Origin: a virus
Taxonomy: Duplodnaviria > Heunggongvirae > Uroviricota > Caudoviricetes
Reading direction: 5' to 3' (one strand)
DNA: 31,073 nt
Virus record (IMG/VR): IMGVR_UViG_2602041669_000008
This document shows, piece after piece, positions 1 through 7,479 of the stretch (the stretch's first letter is position 1; every line of letters starts with the position of its first letter). The notes under the pieces are model-generated. The model was not told where the DNA came from and did not search any database. It worked only from the letters and a program-made list of their open reading frames with translations. The position numbers and the translations under genes were made by a program.

Positions 1-1005
1 TTCATCATCCAGCACCACTTCTTTCACCGTGAAATACCCCGCGTTGATGTACTGCTGGAACGGCACATTTTTACGTCCACCGGACGCTATCAGGATGCCG
101 TTCTCCCGTAACCAGACAAACAGCGCGTTTTGCTTAAGTCCAACAACCTTTGCAAAATTCCCAATCAGGATCCCTTTAGCTACTGATACCCGGTCGGCAA
201 AATCGACTTTAGGAGCGGCGGCCACCAGCTGCTGATTTAGCTGGTGGGCTTTCTGTTCCAGAAGTTGCTTTTGTTCAGCCAGTTCGGCAGCCAGGCGTAG
301 GGCTTCAGGAAGCGTCTGGGGGATTGCGATCGGTTGCTGTTCTTTTTGTCGGAAGTAGCTGTCTTCCAGTTTTTCAAAGAATGCCCATGCCTGATCGGTT
401 TCGATCATTTTAGCGTGGCGGGCTGCGCCGCGTTCCGTCCAGAGAGTGAGGTTTCTGGCGTTCTTACCAACAGAGTTACTAAAAGTAACTCTGTTCTTAA
501 ATTCCTTTAATTTTGAACCAGTTAAAAGAAAGTAGTGTTTACCTTCTTCAAAGCGATCGGAGTTGCAAGACAAATTTTTACGAATATTGCCTTCATCGGT
601 TCCGTACCCCTTAGCAAGAGTTTCGGTCGTTACGACACGTACTCCCTGCCATTCCAGAACGGGAATTTCATCCGGCTGATTTTGAACAACCACCAGCTCC
701 GATTCCTGAGCTGAAGTTGCATGAATTTTTTCTGATTTAACGTTAGTTGCTTTCATTCTGTGTGCCTCCTTGCGTGCTTCGGCTGCGATGGTTGCGTAAT
801 TCAGATGCCCCTGTTCGAGCAGGTATTCACGGATATCAGACAACAGGATACGGTGAACCGCGTTCTTGTCCTTTCTCCGGTAAAGTTGTTTGGTGATCAT
901 GAAGTAGTTGGCAATAACGCCCGGTATATCCCTGGTACTGATACAGGCGGTATGCTGTTCAATTGCCTCGATCATCTCTTCACGGGTGACTAATGACGTT
1001 CTCAT
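1..1005 (-). CDS. ant: Antirepressor (Ant-type, KilAC-like C-terminal region), 3' end cut by the window edge
   Basis: ATG at 1003-1005 (MRTSLVTREE...) overlaps the stop of the upstream small ORF (ATGA); paralog of the complete 372-aa copy at 7480-8598. Confidence 0.7.
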   Translation of the reverse strand, partial: MRTSLVTREEMIEAIEQHTACISTRDIPGVIANYFMITKQLYRRKDKNAVHRILLSDIREYLLEQGHLNYATIAAEARKEAHRMKATNVKSEKIHATSAQESELVVVQNQPDEIPVLEWQGVRVVTTETLAKGYGTDEGNIRKNLSCNSDRFEEGKHYFLLTGSKLKEFKNRVTFSNSVGKNARNLTLWTERGAARHAKMIETDQAWAFFEKLEDSYFRQKEQQPIAIPQTLPEALRLAAELAEQKQLLEQKAHQLNQQLVAAAPKVDFADRVSVAKGILIGNFAKVVGLKQNALFVWLRENGILIASGGRKNVPFQQYINAGYFTVKEVVLDDE

Positions 1006-1196
1006 AGTCCCTCCTGAGCAGAAGCGTTAACAGGGAGGCACCAGTAACTGAGAGAATTGCGTGAATCAGTGGAAAAACGGGCAGAGAAAATGCAGGGAGC
1101 ATCCGGAAGCTGAGAGCGAGCCTCATCTTCTGTCGGTGCAATAACGAAGTGATAGTGACGTTTCTGGCAGGAGTAAAAGCGCCAGATAAATTCAGG
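1..1196. repeat. Direct repeat copy A (about 1.2 kb) matching 7588-8789; covers the icd-like ORF and the 5' two-thirds of ant; probably continues left of the window
   Basis: Positions 1-460 and 640-1196 align near-identically to 7588-8047 and 8230-8789; the track ORFs 29-235 and 7616-7822 are identical; a ~170-bp central patch is divergent. Confidence 0.85.
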
Positions 1197-1223
1197 GCGT
1201 GCGCAAGGATTGGCATTAACCAT
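1002..1223 (-). CDS. icd: Icd-like small protein (73 aa), translationally coupled to ant
   Basis: Track ORF; GAGG 9 nt upstream of ATG 1223; C-terminal 64 aa identical to the copy at 8595-8816, N-terminal 9 aa differ; size and position match P1 icd (from memory). Confidence 0.5.
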   Translation of the reverse strand: MVNANPCARPEFIWRFYSCQKRHYHFVIAPTEDEARSQLPDAPCIFSARFSTDSRNSLSYWCLPVNASAQEGL

Positions 1224-1382
1224 AGTTACGGCCTCATGTACAGGTTTAACAACCTGCTACCCGCTGCTAAACGGGTGGCAGGGCGTGACGGGGTTAGCAG
1301 ACTGGCGTACATGAAACCAGCAGGCCGAAGCCTCCCCATCACGCCCCACCATAATTTGGGCGTAACGCGGTTTTAGGGACAT

Positions 1383-1530
1383 AAAAATACCGCAATATCG
1401 GAAATCTGCGGTTGTCCGCATGTACATTCAGGCTGCTAAACCCGGTCGCAGAATTTGCTACGACGGCGGAACTATAAGCCTGAACGACAGGAAGATCAAT
1501 AGGGCAGTGTGCAATGGTAGTTTATTTTCC
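1383..1530 (-). ncRNA. Candidate c4-like structured leader/antisense RNA between a C1 operator and icd-like copy A
   Basis: Minus-strand hairpin ACCGCA/UGCGGU (1389-1412) followed by a U-run, about 145 nt downstream of the operator at 1541-1557; no ORF; sequence unrelated to the equivalent region of copy B. Confidence 0.3.
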
Positions 1531-1540
1531 TCAAAAAATC

Positions 1541-1557
1541 AAATCTATTAGAGCAAT
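1541..1557 (-). promoter_or_regulatory. C1 operator-like site (ATTGCTCTAATAGATTT, 16/17 to the consensus ATTGCTCTAATAAATTT as I recall it)
   Basis: Direct read of the minus strand; sits at the head of the icd-like/ant transcription unit. Confidence 0.6.
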
Positions 1558-1662
1558 AATGTTTGTGTGTTATTTTTGCACATGTTGAGCGTCATGGGGA
1601 ATTGAAATTTGTTTAAAACCTTGGCAACCTACTGTTTTTAATGCACTTAATAAGGTATGCAG

Positions 1663-1974
1663 ATGAAACTAGGTAATTTGTTAGCCGCAGCTATCGTTTT
1701 AACGATAACTGCATGTGCCGGAAAAGCTGAAAAAGACCCGCAATATGTAGCCGCAGAGAAATGTGCAGATTTAGTTATCACAAAATCAAAAGCTCTGGCA
1801 GAGAAAGGCATCAGTGGAAAATACGTACTTACATCAAAACTGCGTACAACTTCGACGTCTGATGGTCCATTCACATCAACACAAATCAGAGGCATTCCAT
1901 ATGCAACCTCTACGTTTCTTGATAACGGTAATGAGGGGAGTGCCTGGAGACAATGTATGGGGCCGCTATTGTAA
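1663..1974 (+). CDS. Putative lipoprotein (about 103 aa)
   Basis: Track ORF 1657-1974; second ATG at 1663 has AAGG 7 nt upstream; N-terminus MKLGNLLAAAIVLTITAC has a hydrophobic core and lipobox-like ITAC; AT-rich gene. Confidence 0.55.
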   Translation: MKLGNLLAAAIVLTITACAGKAEKDPQYVAAEKCADLVITKSKALAEKGISGKYVLTSKLRTTSTSDGPFTSTQIRGIPYATSTFLDNGNEGSAWRQCMGPLL

Positions 1975-2007
1975 GAATGAGTTGTTCCCCAAAAGGATTT
2001 GGGGATG

Positions 2008-2649
2008 TTAAAAATAGTTTCCCTTTCCAGTTAAGATTCCGTGTGGAACGCTTTTTTCCGCAAGTCTCTGTGTGCCGCGAATTATGTTAATCAGAGGGCT
2101 TAGTAACGATGGTTCCTGGCGTGCCTCAACTTCTCCAGCCATTGCCCTGATGTAGTCGGCGCTGGCAACGTTGTTGTATTCCGTCGCAAAGCAACATAGT
2201 AACGTCAGAACATGCTCTGTCGTTATTTCGCTCCAGTTGATGTTGAAAAATTCATCGCCTTTTTTATCGTGTTCGGAATCGAAGATGCTTTGGTGGAGGA
2301 TGTATTTGCCGGATTCCTTGCGCGGTAACTTGATCGCTTTCTGGCGTTCCAGCTCCTTGTAAATCTGCATTGCTTCAATCAGTACCGGCCTGCCGTTCAT
2401 GAAGGGATCGCGCAACCTTACACGCTGGCCAACTCGACCAGTAATAAAGCTGTTTTCCTCTTCCACCAGCACGATAAAACCCTTTTCCTCTTTTTCTCGC
2501 AATTCGCGCAGCAGCTGGAGTTCCATATCGCGGCGGCGTTCAGGGTAGCTGGTCCGCTCAGCCATTATCAGCTCGTTATTGATCCATGCAGCAGTCATTG
2601 ACGCCGGTTTGCCGACGCTCATCGAAACAACGCATATTTTCTTATCCAT
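2008..2649 (-). CDS. Hypothetical protein (213 aa); occupies the position of mat in the P1 order
   Basis: Internal ATG 2647-2649 with GGGGG 5 nt upstream, in frame with track ORF 2008-2796; no family recognised. Confidence 0.55.
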   Translation of the reverse strand: MDKKICVVSMSVGKPASMTAAWINNELIMAERTSYPERRRDMELQLLRELREKEEKGFIVLVEEENSFITGRVGQRVRLRDPFMNGRPVLIEAMQIYKELERQKAIKLPRKESGKYILHQSIFDSEHDKKGDEFFNINWSEITTEHVLTLLCCFATEYNNVASADYIRAMAGEVEARQEPSLLSPLINIIRGTQRLAEKSVPHGILTGKGNYF

Positions 2650-2661
2650 AGCGCCCCCTAC

Positions 2662-2689
2662 AAAAAAGAAAAGCCACCAGCGGCGGCTT
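2662..2689 (-). terminator. Intrinsic terminator-like hairpin plus U-run on the minus strand, just upstream of the 2649 start
   Basis: Minus-strand stem AAGCCGCC/GGUGGCUU (one G-U pair) followed by UUCUUUUUU. Confidence 0.45.
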
Positions 2690-2838
2690 AGCAATACAAC
2701 TGAAGGTAGCGCCCGGTACTCAGACTGTGCCGTCCATGGAATATTTGAAAAGGGATCCATCCGTACCGGGCGTGTGATGATTCTGACTGAAGTCACTTGT
2801 CAGTTGTCAATCATTTATCATTAAAAATAATATATTTA

Positions 2839-3399
2839 TTAGTGCATGATGTTTGCCATCTCATAGGCGTCAGCCAGTAACTCCATCTCTGACTTTTTCA
2901 GCAAGGTGAATTCTTTCTTGCCTCCAACCACACCATCGGCATGAACAGGGACCAGCCAGGGGTATTTTTCTCTTACTTCAGCCGGTGCTGCATGCTGGTG
3001 GTGCCATCTACAAAGTGGCAACTGCTTTTTGTGACAACCCGGCGCGGTACGACCGGAGATATGGTGCAGAGACACCTCTTCAGATATTACTCCATGCATA
3101 TAGCAGGCAATGCAGGGGAGAGCGCCAAGAGCATTGGCTATACGCCGTTCCTCCGCCGTCGGTGTTCGTCCCTTCAAGCCACGAGATTTTATTTTTACCG
3201 CACTTTTCCGCGTTTTGCTGGCTGGTGGGCGCTCTTTCTGTTTAGCGATACGGCGGTCGATAGAATCCCGCATTTTCTGATATTGCGATTCTCTCCAGGC
3301 GGGGTCAGCCAACTTTTCCCGTTGCCGAGCGATCGCTCGTTCTCTGGCTGCCTTCTGCCACTCGCGGCGCTGTTCAAGTTTTTGTTCGATTGTTTTCAT
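2839..3399 (-). CDS. ref: Ref-type HNH nuclease (186 aa; basic disordered N-terminus, Cys/His HNH motifs)
   Basis: ATG 3397-3399 in frame with track ORF 2839-3477; motifs CIACYMHG...HHISGR...CHKK...CRWHHQH; length and position next to cre match P1 Ref. Confidence 0.75.
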   Translation of the reverse strand: MKTIEQKLEQRREWQKAARERAIARQREKLADPAWRESQYQKMRDSIDRRIAKQKERPPASKTRKSAVKIKSRGLKGRTPTAEERRIANALGALPCIACYMHGVISEEVSLHHISGRTAPGCHKKQLPLCRWHHQHAAPAEVREKYPWLVPVHADGVVGGKKEFTLLKKSEMELLADAYEMANIMH

Positions 3400-3404
3400 A
3401 TGGC

Positions 3405-3430
3405 AAAAAAAAGGCGGCCTAATGGCCGCC
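3405..3430 (-). terminator. Strong intrinsic terminator on the minus strand ending 6 nt before the ref ATG
   Basis: Plus strand reads A8-GGCGGCC-TAAT-GGCCGCC, so the minus-strand RNA is a perfect 7-bp stem followed by U8. Confidence 0.7.
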
Positions 3431-3490
3431 AATGATGTCAAGGAGTTAAGTAATGGCAACGTCTTCGTAGTTGACAAAAACTGCGGCTAA

Positions 3491-3514
3491 ATTATAGCAA
3501 TCAATTAGAGCAAT
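3491..3514 (-). promoter_or_regulatory. C1 operator-like site (ATTGCTCTAATTGATTG, 14/17) abutting a TATAAT -10 on the minus strand
   Basis: Direct read; -10 TATAAT is plus 3491-3496 reverse-complemented; operator 3498-3514. Confidence 0.55.
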
Positions 3515-3580
3515 GGTAGATATTTTATTTATCGCGAATCACATTTTTTCACTTCAGTACCTGTGTGCTATACTCCTTCT

Positions 3581-3650
3581 TGATTGATTGGATGCGGAAT
3601 ACAAACCCGCTCTTTTGTGCAGCCTGGCTCCTTGCCAGGCTTTTTTATTT
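3581..3650 (+). ncRNA. Candidate small RNA (about 70 nt): extended -10 promoter, 5' motif UGAUUGAUUGG, intrinsic terminator
   Basis: TGcTATACT at 3566-3574; motif at 3581-3591; stem GCCTGGC/GCCAGGC (3622-3640) followed by TTTTTTATTT; no plus-strand ORF. Confidence 0.35.
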
Positions 3651-3956
3651 CATCATGGAAGCTGTTAACGCTTTGGATCTTGCTGAACTGATTGAAAGGG
3701 CATTGTTTACCTTACCCAGGAGTTCGCCAAATTCCGCCATCACTCTAGTAAGCCCGCGCCGCGCTTCCTCCTCCGTTGCATTCATCACAAAATGTTCAGC
3801 ACTCCGCATGCTTTTAACGGGGAACGCAACAGATATCGAGTCGATATCAGGCATCCTATCGCTCAACTTTACGGTGACAATGACAGATGGTGACTGAATT
3901 TGAGAGCTTACAGACAGCACCACATATTTTCCGTCTATTTTGAAATCCTTCCGCAT
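3645..3956 (-). CDS. Hypothetical protein (103 aa) directly downstream of cre
   Basis: Track ORF with protein-like composition; GGTGA 4 nt upstream of the ATG; the overlapping plus-strand ORF 3565-3897 is less protein-like. Confidence 0.5.
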   Translation of the reverse strand: MRKDFKIDGKYVVLSVSSQIQSPSVIVTVKLSDRMPDIDSISVAFPVKSMRSAEHFVMNATEEEARRGLTRVMAEFGELLGKVNNALSISSARSKALTASMMK

Positions 3957-3972
3957 GTGTCACCATAAATAT

Positions 3973-3989
3973 CAAATAATTAGAGCAAT
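3973..3989 (-). promoter_or_regulatory. C1 operator-like site (ATTGCTCTAATTATTTG, 14/17) between the cre stop and the downstream ORF
   Basis: Direct read. Confidence 0.45.
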
Positions 3990-4006
3990 CAAGCGTAAAT
4001 AAACGG

Positions 4007-5038
4007 CTAGTTGCCATCTTCCAGCAGGCGCACCATTGCCCCCGTTTCACTATCCAGGTTACGAATGTAGTTCATGACAATATTTACGTTGGTCCAGCCA
4101 CCAGCTTGCATGATCTCCGGTATTGAAACTCCGGCGCGGGCCATATCTCGCGCGGCACCGACACGGGCACTATGTCCAGACCAGGCCAGGTATCGCTGAC
4201 CAGAGTCATCTTTTGCCCCGTAAATCAATCGGTGAGTTGCTTCAAAAATCCCTTCCAGGGCGCGAGTTGATAGCTGGCTGGTGGATGATGGCGCGGCAAC
4301 ACCATTTTTTCTGACGCGGCAAAACAGGTAGTTATTCGGATCATCAGCTACACCAGAGACAGAAATCCATCGCTCAACCAGTTTAGTTACCCCCAGGCTA
4401 AGTGCCTTCTCTACACCAGCGGTGCTAACCAGCGTTTTCGTTCTGCCAATATGGATTAACATTCTCCCACCGTCAGTACGTGAGATATCTTTAACCCTGA
4501 TCCTAGAAATTTCGGCTATACGTAACAGGGTGTTATAAGCAATCCCCAGAAATGCCAGATTACGTATATCCTGGCAGCGATCGCTATTTTCCATGAGTGA
4601 ACGAACCTGGTCGAAATCAGTGCGTTCGAACGCCAGCGCCTGTTTTGCACGCTCACCGGCATCAACGTTTTCTTTTCGGATCCGTCGCATGACCAGTGAA
4701 ACAGCATTGCTGTCACTTGGTCGTGGCAGCCCGGACCGACGATGAAGCATGTTTAGCTGGCCCAAATGTTGTTGGATAGTTTTTACTGCCAGACCACGCG
4801 CCTGAAGATATAGAAGGTAATCGCGAACATCTTCAGGTTCTGCGGGAAACCATTTCCGGTTATTCAACTTGCACCATGCCGCCCACGACCGGCAAACGGA
4901 CAGAAGCATTTTCCAGGTATGATCAGAAAACGCCTGGCGATCCCTGAACATGTCCATCAGGTTCTTGCGAACCTCATCACTCGTTGCATCGACCGGCAAT
5001 GCAGGCAAATTTTGGTGAACGGTTAACGAATTAGTCAT
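4007..5038 (-). CDS. cre: Cre site-specific tyrosine recombinase (343 aa)
   Basis: Translation is near-identical to canonical P1 Cre as I remember it; differences noticed: N-terminus MTNSL instead of MSNLL, E39D, two A-to-S changes, C-terminal D-to-N; loxP lies about 820 bp upstream. Confidence 0.97.
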   Translation of the reverse strand: MTNSLTVHQNLPALPVDATSDEVRKNLMDMFRDRQAFSDHTWKMLLSVCRSWAAWCKLNNRKWFPAEPEDVRDYLLYLQARGLAVKTIQQHLGQLNMLHRRSGLPRPSDSNAVSLVMRRIRKENVDAGERAKQALAFERTDFDQVRSLMENSDRCQDIRNLAFLGIAYNTLLRIAEISRIRVKDISRTDGGRMLIHIGRTKTLVSTAGVEKALSLGVTKLVERWISVSGVADDPNNYLFCRVRKNGVAAPSSTSQLSTRALEGIFEATHRLIYGAKDDSGQRYLAWSGHSARVGAARDMARAGVSIPEIMQAGGWTNVNIVMNYIRNLDSETGAMVRLLEDGN

Positions 5039-5430
5039 TTATTATGCGTGATTTTAACAGTTAAGCCTTGTTCATGAAGTATCTCATCAATAATTCGAAT
5101 CACATCCCCTGGTAGATCATCGTTCTCGAAATATCTGTGATCGGGGATTTCTACAGTGATTGGGGTTGCTGCTTTATGCAAAATCCGAACAATCTTTTTT
5201 TCTTTTTTGCATGTTGCATATTCAGCCTCTTCGATATCTATCCAGCTCGCACCATCAAATTGCTGGTAAACCCGAGTGTATAGTAAGCGATTTCGCTTTA
5301 CTTCTTCTGCTAACTCCCAAATTGCAACAGCCATAGCACGTTCATTTTCATTCGTTCCAGGGTTAGCAGCTTTTTGTTTTGCGTCGTTCAGTAAGGCGTT
5401 TACCTTGGCATCTGTCAGGCCATTAAACAT
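5035..5430 (-). CDS. Hypothetical protein (131 aa) translationally coupled to cre
   Basis: Track ORF; GGTGA 3 nt upstream of the ATG; stop TGA overlaps the cre ATG (ATGA); no family recognised. Confidence 0.6.
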   Translation of the reverse strand: MFNGLTDAKVNALLNDAKQKAANPGTNENERAMAVAIWELAEEVKRNRLLYTRVYQQFDGASWIDIEEAEYATCKKEKKIVRILHKAATPITVEIPDHRYFENDDLPGDVIRIIDEILHEQGLTVKITHNK

Positions 5431-5449
5431 TCATCACCTCATGATCAAG

Positions 5450-5671
5450 TTAAATTATTGTTTTCAGCAGAGTGTACAGGATTGGCTCTGCCTTTACCTG
5501 GTTATGGTTCTCGTCATAGAAACGCCAGCGACCGCGCGTGCGTTCTATTTTCTCTTCACCGCGAGATAATGACAGTTGGTAACTATCACGCTCAAACCAT
5601 TTTGCCCGCCAGTAACCACGGTTTTTCTCAAGCTCAAGATGAGTGGACACTTTAGCAGCTGAATATCCCAT
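5450..5671 (-). CDS. Hypothetical basic protein (73 aa)
   Basis: Track ORF; GGTGA 3 nt upstream of the ATG, preceded by CCAATCAATCA; first gene of the unit ending in cre. Confidence 0.5.
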   Translation of the reverse strand: MGYSAAKVSTHLELEKNRGYWRAKWFERDSYQLSLSRGEEKIERTRGRWRFYDENHNQVKAEPILYTLLKTII

Positions 5672-5768
5672 TTTTCACCTCTGATTGATTGGTGGTGCTA
5701 AGTGCGCTACGCGAAATCTGGAGCACTAACACTGCCAACATTTCGCAGATTTTACGTAGCGCAACCTT

Positions 5769-5788
5769 GATCAAATGATCAAGTGATC
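5769..5788. promoter_or_regulatory. Cluster of three GATC (Dam) sites within 20 bp in the lox-proximal promoter region
   Basis: GATC at 5769, 5777 and 5785; Dam-sensitive cre promoters are described for P1 (from memory). Confidence 0.4.
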
Positions 5789-5860
5789 ACTATTTGACCT
5801 GATAAGGTATTGAACTGTATGGATTTACAGGTAAATTAATCATGTTCAATAACCCTTAAG

Positions 5861-5894
5861 ATAACTTCGTATAATGTATGCTATACGAAGTTAT
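5861..5894. other. loxP: loxP site (13-bp inverted repeats around an 8-bp spacer)
   Basis: Exact match ATAACTTCGTATA-ATGTATGC-TATACGAAGTTAT. Confidence 0.98.
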
Positions 5895-6020
5895 TAGGTC
5901 CGAAGAGGAGTTTACGTCCAGCCGCGCATAAAAATCAATAATCATTAGAACAATAAATTTTGAGAGAAAAATCCCACTCCACCAGCAAAAAACTGGATTG
6001 TTTTTCATAGTTGTTTGACA

Positions 6021-6037
6021 ATTGCTCTAATAAATTA
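6021..6037 (+). promoter_or_regulatory. C1 operator (ATTGCTCTAATAAATTA, 16/17) in the spacer of a TTGACA-N17 promoter upstream of coi-c1
   Basis: TTGACA at 6015-6020 immediately followed by the operator; a weaker operator-like site lies at 5938-5954. Confidence 0.65.
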
Positions 6038-6275
6038 TAGTTTTGCCGCCGTTACGTAATACGACTTTGGATTCACTATTTAATGTGTCTTCAGCGTTGT
6101 AGAGCGGCTCAGAAGGAAATGAGCAAACAGGGAAACCTTATACAACGGCATTACAGCTATGCATTGCTCATCTTACACACAGCGCAATGTTGTTAGATTA
6201 CCCCAGCATGGATCATGGGTGAAACAGTAGGTCAGAGCTTCAGGCTCTGTGTTGTCAATACAGTGAGGCATAATT

Positions 6276-6485
6276 ATGGCTTTCATTCAACCAACCATCG
6301 ACGACGTTAGACATTGCTCTAACGCTTTATCTGTAGACCCTGCCGAAACCGACGCTGCCCGCGCCATTGCTGAACACTACTCAAAGATATCCAATCAGGA
6401 GTACCGCATCACCCAAGACGACCTGGATGACCTCACTGACACAATCGAATATCTCATGGCAACTAACCAGTTAGACTCACAATAA
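6276..6485 (+). CDS. coi: Coi-like small protein (69 aa) upstream of c1
   Basis: Track ORF; GAGG 8 nt upstream of the ATG; size and position match P1 Coi (from memory; sequence not verified). Confidence 0.55.
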   Translation: MAFIQPTIDDVRHCSNALSVDPAETDAARAIAEHYSKISNQEYRITQDDLDDLTDTIEYLMATNQLDSQ

Positions 6486-6595
6486 ATGCACTAATAAATC
6501 TATTATTTTTGTTTGATCCCTCTATAATATAGGTCAGTAATGACCGGTTTTCTCAGCCGGGCGTTATTGACCATGTCAATTCTGGAGGAGGATCA

Positions 6596-7447
6596 ATGAT
6601 AAATTATGTCTACGGCGAACAACTGTACCAGGAGTTCGTCAGCTTCAGGGATCTCTTTCTAAAAAAAGCTGTTGCACGCGCCCAACACGTTGATACAGCC
6701 AGCGACGGTCGTCCTGTACGCCCGGTTGTCGTTCTACCGTTCAAAGAAACTGACAGCATTCAGGCTGAAATTGATAAATGGACTTTAATGGCGCGGGAAC
6801 TGGAACAGTACCCAGACCTCAATATCCCAAAGACTATTTTATATCCAGTGCCTAACATCCTTCGCGGTGTGCGCAAGGTTACAACTTATCAGACAGAAGC
6901 TGTGAACAGCGTCAACATGACCGCTGGACGCATTATTCATCTGATTGATAAGGACATTCGCATCCAGAAAAGCGCGGGGATCAATGAGCACAGTGCGAAA
7001 TACATAGAGAACCTGGAAGCAACAAAAGAGCTAATGAAGCAGTACCCGGAGGATGAAAAATTCCGTATGCGTGTACACGGCTTTAGCGAAACAATGCTGC
7101 GCGTCCACTACATTTCCAGTAGCCCTAACTACAATGATGGTAAATCAGTTAGTTACCATGTGCCACTGTGTGGCGTGTTTATCTGCGATGAAACTCTCCG
7201 TGATGGAATTATCATCAACGGTGAATTCGAAAAAGCAAAATTTAGCCTTTATGACTCCATAGAACCGATCATCTGCGACCGCTGGCCGCAAGCAAAAATA
7301 TATCGCCTGGCAGATATTGAAAATGTAAAAAAACAAATTGCCATCACTCGCGAAGAGAAAAAGGTTAAGTCAGCCGCATCAGTTGCGCGCAGCCGTAAAA
7401 CCAAGAAGGGGCAGCCAGTAAACGACAACCCCGAAAGCGCGCAATAA
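6596..7447 (+). CDS. c1: C1 immunity repressor (283 aa)
   Basis: Track ORF with strong RBS GGAGGAGG; length equals P1 C1; sits next to loxP; many cognate operator motifs across the window. Confidence 0.85.
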   Translation: MINYVYGEQLYQEFVSFRDLFLKKAVARAQHVDTASDGRPVRPVVVLPFKETDSIQAEIDKWTLMARELEQYPDLNIPKTILYPVPNILRGVRKVTTYQTEAVNSVNMTAGRIIHLIDKDIRIQKSAGINEHSAKYIENLEATKELMKQYPEDEKFRMRVHGFSETMLRVHYISSSPNYNDGKSVSYHVPLCGVFICDETLRDGIIINGEFEKAKFSLYDSIEPIICDRWPQAKIYRLADIENVKKQIAITREEKKVKSAASVARSRKTKKGQPVNDNPESAQ

Positions 7448-7452
7448 ATTAT

Positions 7453-7470
7453 GCCCGGCATCAACCGGGC
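7453..7470. terminator. Hairpin between convergent c1 and ant; candidate bidirectional terminator
   Basis: GCCCGG-CATCAA-CCGGGC with U-rich flank on the minus strand and a moderately U-rich flank on the plus strand. Confidence 0.45.
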
Positions 7471-7479
7471 ATTCTTCCA

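Noticed and set aside
29-993. Plus-strand track ORFs 29-235 and 760-993, with counterparts 7616-7822 and 8353-8586
   Set aside because: They lie antisense to the ant coding sequence, have no RBS, and their duplication simply reflects the repeated ant DNA.
2839-3477. Longer 212-aa version of ref starting at TTG 3477
   Set aside because: No SD before the TTG; the extension would encode the terminator hairpin and the C1-operator promoter; the 186-aa product from ATG 3399 matches the expected Ref length.
3565-3897. Plus-strand ORF of 110 aa
   Set aside because: Composition is Ser/Leu-rich and unprotein-like, and it overlaps a better minus-strand ORF; its 5' part is better explained as a small RNA with promoter and terminator.
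5682-5692. TGATTGATTGG as a P1 late (Lpa-dependent) promoter element
   Set aside because: I could not place a consistent -10 hexamer at a fixed distance on either strand, and I do not remember the published late-promoter consensus well enough to claim a match; reported as an unexplained motif instead.
5938-5954. Weak C1 operator-like sites at 5938-5954 and 2832-2848
   Set aside because: Only 13 of 17 matches in either orientation; not reported as features.
6050-6275. Possible imcA/imcB-like mini-ORFs between the coi promoter and coi (for example a 25-aa ORF starting near 6119)
   Set aside because: The RBS spacing is too short and I cannot recall the P1 imc sequences; left unannotated.
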